From the NCBI GenBank assembly GCA_963782525.1, contig CAWAKC010000011.1, forward strand, positions 1-64,000: 64,000 nucleotides of DNA, in the 5' to 3' direction. The DNA comes from Candidatus Bathyarchaeota archaeon. GTDB lineage: Archaea > Thermoproteota > Bathyarchaeia > Bathyarchaeales > Bathycorpusculaceae. The notes under the pieces are model-generated. The model was not told the DNA's origin. It saw only the letters and a list, made by a program, of their open reading frames with translations, and made no database searches. The translations under genes and the position numbers were made by a program. Numbering within the stretch: position 1 is the stretch's first letter; every line of letters starts with the position of its first letter. Positions 12,487 to 21,464 of this stretch are shown one piece after another.

Positions 12487-13131
12487 ATGTCACAAAATAA
12501 TTCAGCTAGCCAACTAGTCCTTAAAGGTACCACAACTATCGGCGTCGTTTGCAAAGACGGCGTTATCCTTGCTTCAGATACCCGAGTAACCATGGGTTAC
12601 TATGTTGCCCATAAATTCGGTAAAAAAGTCTACAAAATCGACGACCACATGGGTATGACCATCGCTGGAACCGTAGCTGACGCTCAGCGTGTCGTGGATA
12701 TCTTAACTGCCAATGCGCGCCTGTACAAGATTAACTTGAACCGCCCCATGCCAATCAGCTCCGCGGCAAGAATGGTTGCTAACTTGCTCTTTTCAGCAAG
12801 GTATGTGCCCCTCTCAACGCAGGTCCTGGTCGGTGGCATAGATGAAACTGGACCACACGTCTACAACCTTGACCCCTACGGCAGCTTAACAGAGGAAAAA
12901 TCTGTTTCTACAGGCTCCGGCTCACCAGTCGCCTACGGCATACTTGAAGACAAGTACCGTGAAGGTTTAACAATCGAAGAAGTTTTGCCAACAATCGCTA
13001 AAGCCGTTAATGCAGCCATGAAACGTGACGTAGCAAGCGGCAACAACTACAACATCATCGTAATTGACCAGTACGGTTACAAAGAATTATCAGACGAGGA
13101 GAAAAGCAAACTTCTCAACGTAGGAAGTTAA
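12487..13131 (+). CDS. psmB: proteasome subunit beta
   Basis: Propeptide followed by GTTTIG; GSGS motif. Confidence 0.96.
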   Translation: MSQNNSASQLVLKGTTTIGVVCKDGVILASDTRVTMGYYVAHKFGKKVYKIDDHMGMTIAGTVADAQRVVDILTANARLYKINLNRPMPISSAARMVANLLFSARYVPLSTQVLVGGIDETGPHVYNLDPYGSLTEEKSVSTGSGSPVAYGILEDKYREGLTIEEVLPTIAKAVNAAMKRDVASGNNYNIIVIDQYGYKELSDEEKSKLLNVGS

Positions 13132-13136
13132 AGTCT

Positions 13137-15071
13137 GTGGCTCGAACCCAAGAAAAACGAACTCAAGATAAAGACAAAATAGAAATAAGCCAATATATTC
13201 TTCAAAAAGTTCCCCGTGAAGCAGAGGTAACCAGAATCGAGTACGAAGGCCCCATGCTTGCGGTTTACACTAAAAAACCCGAAATTTTGGTAGATCAGAG
13301 CAGCATCGTTGCTGAAATCGTCGGAGTCATCCGAAAAAGAATAGTTATCCGACCCGACCCGTCGGTGCGTATTCCTGAAGTGGAAGCAGAAAAAATTGCG
13401 CGCGAACTCATTCCGGCTGAAGCTGAAGTAACAGACATTAATTTTGACCCGAGCCTTGGTGAAATTATCATCGAAACCAAAAAGCCCGGCTTAGTTATTG
13501 GCAGAAACGGTGCGGTTTTACAGGAAATCATAAAGAAAACCAAGTGGCGCCCACATGTTTTGCGGTCTCCGCCGATAAAATCAAAGATTGTAACTCACAT
13601 GCGTCACTACTTACACTCTGAGAGTAAAGAACGCGAACGCATCCTGCGCACAGTAGGCGAACGGATCTTCCGCCCCAAAACTTACGACGTCGGCGACATT
13701 CGTATGACTGTGCTTGGCGGCGCTCAAGAAGTCGGTCGCAGCGCATTCCTCATTAAAACACGTGAAAGCAGTGTCCTACTCGACTGCGGCATTCACCCAG
13801 GTTCGAATAGGCCGTTTGAGTCTTTTCCACGTTTTGACTGCCCAGAATTCCAAATTGACTCCTTAGACGCAGTAGTTATCAGCCACGCACACCTTGACCA
13901 CTGCGGGTTAACACCCTTTCTCTTTAAGTACGGTTACGATGGACCAGTCTACTGTACTGCGCCAACTTCGAATCTTATGACGATGTTGCAGCTTGACTAT
14001 TTGGATGTTGCCAGCAAACAGGGTGTTACTCCGTTCTACGATCAAAAAGATGTGCGTGAATGTGTATTGCACACGATTCCACTTCGCTACGGGGTAGTCA
14101 CCGATATTGCTCCAGATATCCGTTTAACCTTGCATAATTCTGGTCACATCTTGGGCGGTGCAATGCTTCATCTTCACATCGGCGAGGGTTTACATAACAT
14201 CGTTTACACCAGCGACTACAAATTCGCTCGAACCATGCTTTTGGAAGCTGCTGCAACAGAGTTTCCACGCATCGAAACTGTAATCACCGAGAGCACCTAC
14301 GGCGGCACCGAAGATTTCATGCCTACTCGCGTGGAAGCTGAAGAAGCTATGACAAAAGTCATCAACCAAACCTTGACGCGAGGTGGCAAAGTCCTCATAC
14401 CTGTTCCCGCAGTCGGTAGAGCACAAGAAATCATGCTTATCATCGATGGCTACATGAAACGTGGCTTAATGAAAGAAGCCCCCGTTTTCATCGAAGGAAT
14501 GATTAGCGAAGCCACAGCCATCCACACTGCATATCCAGAATACCTTGGCAGAGAAGTTCGTCACAGCATCCTCCATGAAGAAGTTAACCCCTTTCAAAGT
14601 GACTACTTCACTATAGTTGAGCACCCAAGCGTACGCCAAAGTATAATCGACGGAGAGCCATGCATCGTGATGGCAACTTCAGGTATGCTTGAGGGTGGAC
14701 CAGTAATCGAGTACTTCAAGAATTGGGCAAGCGATGAACGAAACACCATCATATTCGTCAGCTACCAAATCGAAGGCACTATGGGAAAACGTGTCCAGAA
14801 AGGCGTAAACGAAGTAACCATGATGGATAACGAGGGCAAAATGGCCGCAATATCCGTGAAGATGCAGACAGAATCCATAGAAGGCTTCTCGGGTCACTCT
14901 GATAGACGCCAACTTGTCAACTACTTAACACATTTAAACCCGAAGCCAGAACGCATCTTCGTTGTTCATGGAGAAAAACAGAAAACCCTGAATTTCGCTA
15001 ACTTCATGGACAACAAAGTAGGGATAAATACGGTTGTTCCAGCTATACTAGAAACCTACCGGCTACTTTAA
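13137..15071 (+). CDS. fttA: beta-CASP ribonuclease aCPSF1 (FttA)
   Basis: N-terminal KH domains, HAHLDH, GFSGHSD; conserved position next to psmB. Confidence 0.95.
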   Translation: MARTQEKRTQDKDKIEISQYILQKVPREAEVTRIEYEGPMLAVYTKKPEILVDQSSIVAEIVGVIRKRIVIRPDPSVRIPEVEAEKIARELIPAEAEVTDINFDPSLGEIIIETKKPGLVIGRNGAVLQEIIKKTKWRPHVLRSPPIKSKIVTHMRHYLHSESKERERILRTVGERIFRPKTYDVGDIRMTVLGGAQEVGRSAFLIKTRESSVLLDCGIHPGSNRPFESFPRFDCPEFQIDSLDAVVISHAHLDHCGLTPFLFKYGYDGPVYCTAPTSNLMTMLQLDYLDVASKQGVTPFYDQKDVRECVLHTIPLRYGVVTDIAPDIRLTLHNSGHILGGAMLHLHIGEGLHNIVYTSDYKFARTMLLEAAATEFPRIETVITESTYGGTEDFMPTRVEAEEAMTKVINQTLTRGGKVLIPVPAVGRAQEIMLIIDGYMKRGLMKEAPVFIEGMISEATAIHTAYPEYLGREVRHSILHEEVNPFQSDYFTIVEHPSVRQSIIDGEPCIVMATSGMLEGGPVIEYFKNWASDERNTIIFVSYQIEGTMGKRVQKGVNEVTMMDNEGKMAAISVKMQTESIEGFSGHSDRRQLVNYLTHLNPKPERIFVVHGEKQKTLNFANFMDNKVGINTVVPAILETYRLL

Positions 15072-15092
15072 GAATAAAGGAAACAAAAATTT

Positions 15093-15683
15093 TTAGGCTG
15101 ATGTAGGTAGCGGTTCACTGGAAACTGGCGCTGGCGATTTTTCTCGCCAAATTCTTATTGTTTTGGGGCAGATAACTACACGTTCTTCGCCTAATCGTGC
15201 GATGTCGCCGCCTATTGAATCGGCGAACTGGTAGAGATCGTTAACTGCGGTTTTTACGTCCTCGATGCTTTTGCTAGCAAGGGGTGTTACCCGTAAAATT
15301 ATGATGTTGCCGTTTTTAATTTCGTTCTTGATGTTTTCGAGGTCTGATAATTCGCGCAGAGGCATGGCTTTTAGGTAGGTTTTGCTTGGGGCAATTGTAG
15401 CTTCGGTTTTTGGTTCTGCGGGCGGAGGCATGTCTTGTTTTTGTTCAGTTGGCGCTGCAACAGTTTCTTGGACGGGTACAGTGGTTTCTTCTGTTGTTGC
15501 GGTTGATGGCTGCTCCTGAGCAATAACCGTTGGTTCCTCTGTTTTTTCCTGAACGGTTGCGATGGGTTCCTGCTGAGATTCAACAAGTGTTGGAGGCGTT
15601 TCTTCTTTGGGTTCTTCTTGAGGAGTCACGGCTGGGATTTCCTGTTCAGGTTGTTTCTTTTTGTGGAATAGGTTGAACGGCAT
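15093..15683 (-). CDS. sepF: cell division protein SepF with long acidic/Pro-rich N-terminal linker
   Basis: C-terminal GNIIILRV...IGGDIARLGEERVVICP. Confidence 0.85.
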   Translation of the reverse strand: MPFNLFHKKKQPEQEIPAVTPQEEPKEETPPTLVESQQEPIATVQEKTEEPTVIAQEQPSTATTEETTVPVQETVAAPTEQKQDMPPPAEPKTEATIAPSKTYLKAMPLRELSDLENIKNEIKNGNIIILRVTPLASKSIEDVKTAVNDLYQFADSIGGDIARLGEERVVICPKTIRIWREKSPAPVSSEPLPTSA

Positions 15684-16180
15684 TTTTTTCTCCTCTAAAC
15701 CCACTATTATCTAGCTTAACAGTTAAGCGTTTCTTTTAACACAACTCTCATATGTTGTTATCTTGTAGATTTATTGGTACCAGAATATTTGATTTGTGCT
15801 TTACTGGTATGTGCTTTTCAGTTCGAGTATTGCGTCTTGGTGTTTACGCTAACAAGTTAGTTATTATAGTGTAGAGAATGCCGATTAAAAACAAGAAAAC
15901 TGCAACAAGGCTTGCCTTGAATAAAAGGGAATAGATTTTCCTGTTTTGCGTAATTTCCACAAAACCGCCAGACAAGCAGCAACGAAGACTAATGCAAAAA
16001 ATATTGCTATCGGGAACGGAATCAGTTGTAATGGCATAAGTTAGCATATTTCTTTACCTATTTAAATCCTAAAGAACTGCCTTCAGAAAATTTAGAATTA
16101 GCCAAATTACTTCAAGGACCTTGCTCATCGTTTAAATAACTAAGCTATCATATGCGGTAATAGAATCCTAAGGTGCTGCT

Positions 16181-16534
16181 TTGAGTCATAAACATGAAAT
16201 TAAAAAAACTCATGTTTCATTCATAGAATTTGACGACGTGCAGTTCCACAAACTTGTGGACCTCAAATATTTTGGTGAAGGCAACTCCAAGGGAAGGGTG
16301 CTAAAGTTTGATTTTGAATATTGTCTTAGCTGCAGTCTACGGTTGCTTGATGGTAAGCCTATTATGACTAGGGATATTTTGGAGGATGAATTCGAAAAAT
16401 TAGTTAATCAAGCAAAAAACGGTAAATACGCTAGCGCTAAGGAAACAACACTGCAGCATTCGGATTTTGAAACTGTTGAACGTTTAATTCAGCGTGCTTT
16501 AGAATTTGGTAAACTAAAAGAAAAACAAAGTTAA
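16181..16534 (+). CDS. hypothetical protein
   Basis: 117-aa ORF with plausible composition; no recognised motif. Confidence 0.6.
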   Translation: MSHKHEIKKTHVSFIEFDDVQFHKLVDLKYFGEGNSKGRVLKFDFEYCLSCSLRLLDGKPIMTRDILEDEFEKLVNQAKNGKYASAKETTLQHSDFETVERLIQRALEFGKLKEKQS

Positions 16535-16548
16535 TTCTGGGGATTATT

Positions 16549-18702
16549 TTAGGGCGTTATTACCCTGGTGTCGTATTTGTAAAGGTAGTATAGGTGTGTT
16601 GCATCGTAGGGGTAGCTTTCGTTGGCTGGGTAGGGGAAGCTGGTCATTGCTTGGAAAGGCATTGGGCTTACTGTAAAGGGAACATAAGATAATCCGTTTC
16701 CCTTGAACCAGACGCTCGCAACGAAGAAGAAGTCGCGTTCCATGCCGGGTGCAACTGGAGGCAAGTTCGCGGGGAATTTTAGTTGGACTCCGTCGCCTTC
16801 TCGCCCAATCACGAACTGGTCGTCAGCTGAAAGCATCAATGCTGTTACGTTACCATACCTTGTGAAGGCGCCTGAAGAGTTTGACCCAGTAGCGTAAACC
16901 TGCTGGAAATCAGCGGCGCTTGGAAGAATTGAGTGAACATTCACGGTTTGCTGTTGTGTGGTGTCTACTCCGATGTAGTCAAAGCGTATGTCTTGGTAAG
17001 TGTTAATTCTGACCGAGTAATCGTTTGTGGGGAAAAGCCCTGTCATGTTAACAACGAAGACTTCGTCTGTGACATCGGGCAATGGAAATTGTCTGTCATC
17101 TGGCACGCGGATCCAGCTTCCGTTTGCAGCTTTTACTTCTATGTAGGGAGGCGGGGACGGCGTCACGTACGGTTGACTTTGGTACCTGAGGAAGTTTGTG
17201 CCGCCTGCACTTGTTGAGGGCCAGTTAATCGTTGCGGCGACAATCAATTTGATTTCCTTTGCTCCAGATAAGTCGCCTAAGTTGAGGGTAAGATTGTTCC
17301 ATTGCCATCTGGTTCCACTAGTGAAAACTCCATCCATTTTTGAGATTTGTGGAAGAACGTTTGTGCCTGACCCGTTAACTGCAGAAACTGGTGTTGATGG
17401 AGTTTTACTAACAGTGTAGTATGCGCCTTGGCCAGTAAGGTTGTAAATGTAGGTGCCCGCAGTCGAGAGCACATTTGTGTTTGCAGGGTGGTCGATTGCA
17501 ACTAGTTGAGCGGCGTCCATGTAGTAAATTTCATCAGAGGTCTCCATCACGTTCATCGTATAGTATCCATCTTTTGCTTGCAGCTGATTGGGCGCAATTT
17601 TCACGTAGTCCCAAGGATAATTATAGGAAAAAACCATCGTCCCATCAGGTTTGAAATAATTAACATATCCTAACCAGCCCGGTCCATCAGAAACCTCAGC
17701 TACATATGTGTAGGATGATCCGTTCCACGAATAAAGCGAAGGGCACGAACCTGGGCGAGTATAAGAAGTAACCACATAAGTTTCTTTTTCGAGGTCAACT
17801 ATTTTTGTGGTACTTGTGCTTCCTCCGTTGTAATTAGAGAATGTAAAAGTTACTTGACCCCAAGTACCTATTGAAAGTACAGTCGAGGATGGAAAAACCA
17901 CGTTATGCGGTCCCACATCTAAAAGTTCCACGTAAGTTGTCAAGTGGCTTTTGCCATCCAAAGTGAATGGTATACCTGGACGTGAGGAAATGACGTGTAT
18001 AGTGTGTTTGCCCGTGGGAACAATATGGATAGAGACACTTTTTCCTCCCACGCTCAAAGAATAATCCCCAAGGTTACTCACCGTTACTGTAGCTGCCAAA
18101 CTTGAGGATGCCCCCCCTGCAAGATTTATATCCACAGAAGTTGCTGGAGCACCGTTCACTAAAATGGGCAAACTGTAAGTTAGTTCTGAGCTCCCCTTGT
18201 TAGTGACGTCAAACGTTACGGTTATGGGTTGGTCAGACCATGCTTCGGTTGGATCAACCAAAAAGTTGGATACACTTAGGTCAGCTGGCATCGGTGTAGG
18301 TTTAGCTGAAACGGTTAAAATTCCGAATTGGTCCCCAACAGTTACGTTATAGTTTCCCTCTACTGTTTCGTTAACGTTAAAGTTTATTGTTTGCGATTCA
18401 TTTGCTGCAAGCTTTAACTCTTTGGTTTCCGTCGTTGTGCCATTAATTTTTAAGATTAAAGAATAACTTCCTTGAATATCCCCTATGTTAACAGCGCCAA
18501 CTGAAACGTTAACTTGTTGACCTATACTTGCCACTGGCGGAGTGATAGTTAAGTTGCCAAGTGTAAAGGATGTTAATGCTGATGCGGAGGGTGGAAAAGA
18601 TACGAAATTTTGCACATACCAGTAAGCTCCAGCCTCGGATAAGGCACCGATTACTAAGGCACAAATGAGTATAGTCCGCGCTTTGCTGAGAAGGGACGTC
18701 AT
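16549..18702 (-). CDS. membrane-anchored secreted protein with CARDB/Ig-like repeats and a C-terminal GSCP-type domain
   Basis: N-terminal TM, two CARDB-like repeats (V.N.G...G.Y), then GSCPSLYSWNG...AIDHP...RYGNV domain. Confidence 0.85.
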   Translation of the reverse strand: MTSLLSKARTILICALVIGALSEAGAYWYVQNFVSFPPSASALTSFTLGNLTITPPVASIGQQVNVSVGAVNIGDIQGSYSLILKINGTTTETKELKLAANESQTINFNVNETVEGNYNVTVGDQFGILTVSAKPTPMPADLSVSNFLVDPTEAWSDQPITVTFDVTNKGSSELTYSLPILVNGAPATSVDINLAGGASSSLAATVTVSNLGDYSLSVGGKSVSIHIVPTGKHTIHVISSRPGIPFTLDGKSHLTTYVELLDVGPHNVVFPSSTVLSIGTWGQVTFTFSNYNGGSTSTTKIVDLEKETYVVTSYTRPGSCPSLYSWNGSSYTYVAEVSDGPGWLGYVNYFKPDGTMVFSYNYPWDYVKIAPNQLQAKDGYYTMNVMETSDEIYYMDAAQLVAIDHPANTNVLSTAGTYIYNLTGQGAYYTVSKTPSTPVSAVNGSGTNVLPQISKMDGVFTSGTRWQWNNLTLNLGDLSGAKEIKLIVAATINWPSTSAGGTNFLRYQSQPYVTPSPPPYIEVKAANGSWIRVPDDRQFPLPDVTDEVFVVNMTGLFPTNDYSVRINTYQDIRFDYIGVDTTQQQTVNVHSILPSAADFQQVYATGSNSSGAFTRYGNVTALMLSADDQFVIGREGDGVQLKFPANLPPVAPGMERDFFFVASVWFKGNGLSYVPFTVSPMPFQAMTSFPYPANESYPYDATHLYYLYKYDTRVITP

Positions 18703-18908
18703 AATTAATCTCGCCTCATGGGGTTCCAGAAGATATAGGCATCGTTTGCATTTATTGGTTGTTCTTTTTGTAAGTTTCTGCAACGAATGGTCTCAACGCT
18801 GTTTGAGCATATAATTAAGAAATTCTGCGATAGTTCAGTTAAGGAAATCTTATTTAACCAATAAGTCGATGGAAACTAGCATATCCCACTCAAGAGGCAA
18901 CAGGCGAA

Positions 18909-20210
18909 ATGTCGAAACCTAAAGAGTATTCTTGGATGACAAAAAACAAACTGATGACATACACATTTGTTGCTCTCGTCATTCTTGCAGGCATTTCTGC
19001 CATATCATTTTGGCCCACGTCAATTATAATCTCGGTGATAGCCGTCGCGGTTGCGGTCGGACTGGATTATTTGTTATCAAAAGTCATGAAAGCCAAAGGC
19101 CCCCAGAATACCGTGTCTGCAGCAGTTTTCGGATTAATTGTTGCCCTCTCATACTCTTTAGGGTTGCCTGCTCAAAATACGGTTGAGATACTGCCACTTG
19201 AGGCGCCTCAAGCTTATCTTTACGTTGCCGTTGTCGCTGCGCTTGGTATGGTTGTGCTCAAGAAGGCTCAAAGCTTGATGGGCAGAAAATATGTGAACCC
19301 TGCCGCAGCAGCAAAACTTATTGTTCTTTTTCCTTTCTTAAACTCGATTCTTTTGGCTCAAGACCATTTATCAACCAGCTTCAACGGTTCAGGTTTACCA
19401 CCCCTGACCAGCCCAATCGGATACACGGGCACGTCTTCTTTTTCTTTCTGGATACGAACTTGCCTTGGCAACTCCTCAAGCCACTCGCCCACAGACATAT
19501 TCTACACTTTCCTCATACAGAAATTCCACGGCTGGGTAGGAGGTGCCTGCAGCTTAGCAGTCATCATTGTCGGCATAGCATTATTCTTGTTATGCCGCAA
19601 ATACGTCAAATGGAGAATAACCCTTGCGTATTTTGTTGCGGTATCGGCAATGTCACTCATCATGACGGGGATTTACGGTGGAGATGTATTGCTCAGGTTA
19701 GGATTCGAACTATTAATTGGAAGCTCCATATTCCTTGCGTTCTTCATGATAACTGACCCGGCAACCACCCCCCTAACTCGTTCTGGACAAGTCATATTCG
19801 GCGTGGGCGTAGGTGTTCTCACTGTGCTCATTCAGACGTACATGAACTTTTTAGGTGGCTCAATCCTTGCACTCGTTATAATGAACCTAACTTCACCATT
19901 GTTGGATAACGTCGGTTTGCGTAAACCCATCCTGGAGAAGAAGACGCCCTCTTTGCCAAAACCCCAAGCCTTCGAAAGTATAACAACCACCGATTGCATA
20001 AGATGCGGAGAATGCTTAGATGTGTGTTGCCATGATTTAAGCCCGATAATAATCAAGGAAGCTTTCGATAAGAACAATAAGAAAAAAATTGAGCGGCTTA
20101 AAGCGGATCTCTGTGATGGCTGCGGTCACTGCAGTTACGTGTGTCCAGCGAGAATTGACCTTCAAGGCTCAGTTCTGCGAGCGAAAGTGTCCATACGCAA
20201 AATAGAATAG
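18909..20210 (+). CDS. RnfD/NqrB-family membrane protein fused to RnfC-like 2x[4Fe-4S] domain
   Basis: NPAAAA, AFFMITDPATTP RnfD motifs; C-terminal CIRCGECLDVC and CDGCGHCSYVCP. Confidence 0.88.
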   Translation: MSKPKEYSWMTKNKLMTYTFVALVILAGISAISFWPTSIIISVIAVAVAVGLDYLLSKVMKAKGPQNTVSAAVFGLIVALSYSLGLPAQNTVEILPLEAPQAYLYVAVVAALGMVVLKKAQSLMGRKYVNPAAAAKLIVLFPFLNSILLAQDHLSTSFNGSGLPPLTSPIGYTGTSSFSFWIRTCLGNSSSHSPTDIFYTFLIQKFHGWVGGACSLAVIIVGIALFLLCRKYVKWRITLAYFVAVSAMSLIMTGIYGGDVLLRLGFELLIGSSIFLAFFMITDPATTPLTRSGQVIFGVGVGVLTVLIQTYMNFLGGSILALVIMNLTSPLLDNVGLRKPILEKKTPSLPKPQAFESITTTDCIRCGECLDVCCHDLSPIIIKEAFDKNNKKKIERLKADLCDGCGHCSYVCPARIDLQGSVLRAKVSIRKIE

Positions 20211-20254
20211 GTGCGACGTTGAATCAACTGTCAGCTGCGTTGGTAGTCTTAGAA

Positions 20255-21236
20255 TTAAAATGTTGAAATAAACTCTCTCTGTATTGGCCAAGGACAAAGC
20301 ATTCTAGCTATGCGGACATCTATCTTGGTAATGTTGGGCAAAACAGCCATTTCTTCTTGCATTTCTATAAAATGGTTAATGTCTCTAATCATAAGAGTAA
20401 ATGTTAAATCCTGGTAGCCTGCTGATTTGATAATCCTGTTAACATCGTAGGTCTTTGAGATTTTTTCGATGTTGTCAGCTAAGGCTTCCCGGGAAAAAGA
20501 AAAGTTGAAAATTCCGAAGGCGTAATATCCTATTTTAGTTGGGTCTATCTGCACAACTATTTTGAGGTCACCGTTTTCTCTTAGCTTTTCGTACCTTCGA
20601 ACAATTGTTTCTGTTGATACTCCAAGCGGGTCTGCAATTTCTGCAAAGGGCATACGACCATTTAATGCCTAGCTTGTTGATGATGGCTCTGTCAATGTCG
20701 TCTACTTCACTGTCTGTTTTCCTTCGATGCGAGGCAATCTTTTTCGGTGGTTTTTTGCCAACCTGTTCTTCAGCGTTGAAGATGGATAAGTTTTCAGGAG
20801 TGTTTCTCATTCCCGTCCAAATCGTAACGTCAGTTCCCAAAACGTACGGTTGACTCTGAACTAGTTTTTGGACAGCTTCTAATTCGCCTATGTTTTTCAA
20901 AGCAACTTCTGTCAAGATAACTTGTGGAACAGCCGAGGGAAAAGCGTGGACCACATTAGGTATCTTATTAACCGCTTGAATAGTGAGTTCCATTTTTCCT
21001 CGTTGAACTTGGATACGAAGGTTTGCGATAAAATTGGAGTCTAAGCATCTGGTGCTGTTTTGGGTTGTGAATCCCAAAATTACGCCTTTGGCTTTTTGTT
21101 GTTTGAATCTTTTTGCGATCACATCTTTAGATGTGTTGTTTTCTTTTGCTATATCTGCAAAGGCTTTTCTTCCGTCACTGAGCAAATCCTCAAGAATTTT
21201 AAGGTTTAATGAATCGTTTTTTATCTTTTGTGCCAT
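20255..21236 (-). pseudogene. double-domain Lrp/AsnC regulator with +1 frameshift near 20669
   Basis: Two Lrp HTH halves (DGRKAFADIAK; MPFAEIAD.LGVS). Removing one G restores KLALNGRMPF. Confidence 0.8.
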
Positions 21237-21464
21237 TTAGATTTGCCCTGTTGGTGTTTTTATGTTCATTTCTTTGTCTTAAATAGATTTTTGTGGAATA
21301 ATGTTATATTGTATGGTGCTGTTATGCGTCTTTTTTATTTACTTAATTTCTCCTTTTTCTTATTTTATAAAATTAAAATACGAAAAGCGTAAATATTATT
21401 GTGTGTATTGGTGATTTTGTTGGATCAATTACTATTGGTTCAAATAACAATGGAGAAAACAAAA

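Noticed and set aside
15844-16047. 67-aa hydrophobic ORF
   Set aside because: No recognisable motif; may be a frameshifted remnant, so support is insufficient.
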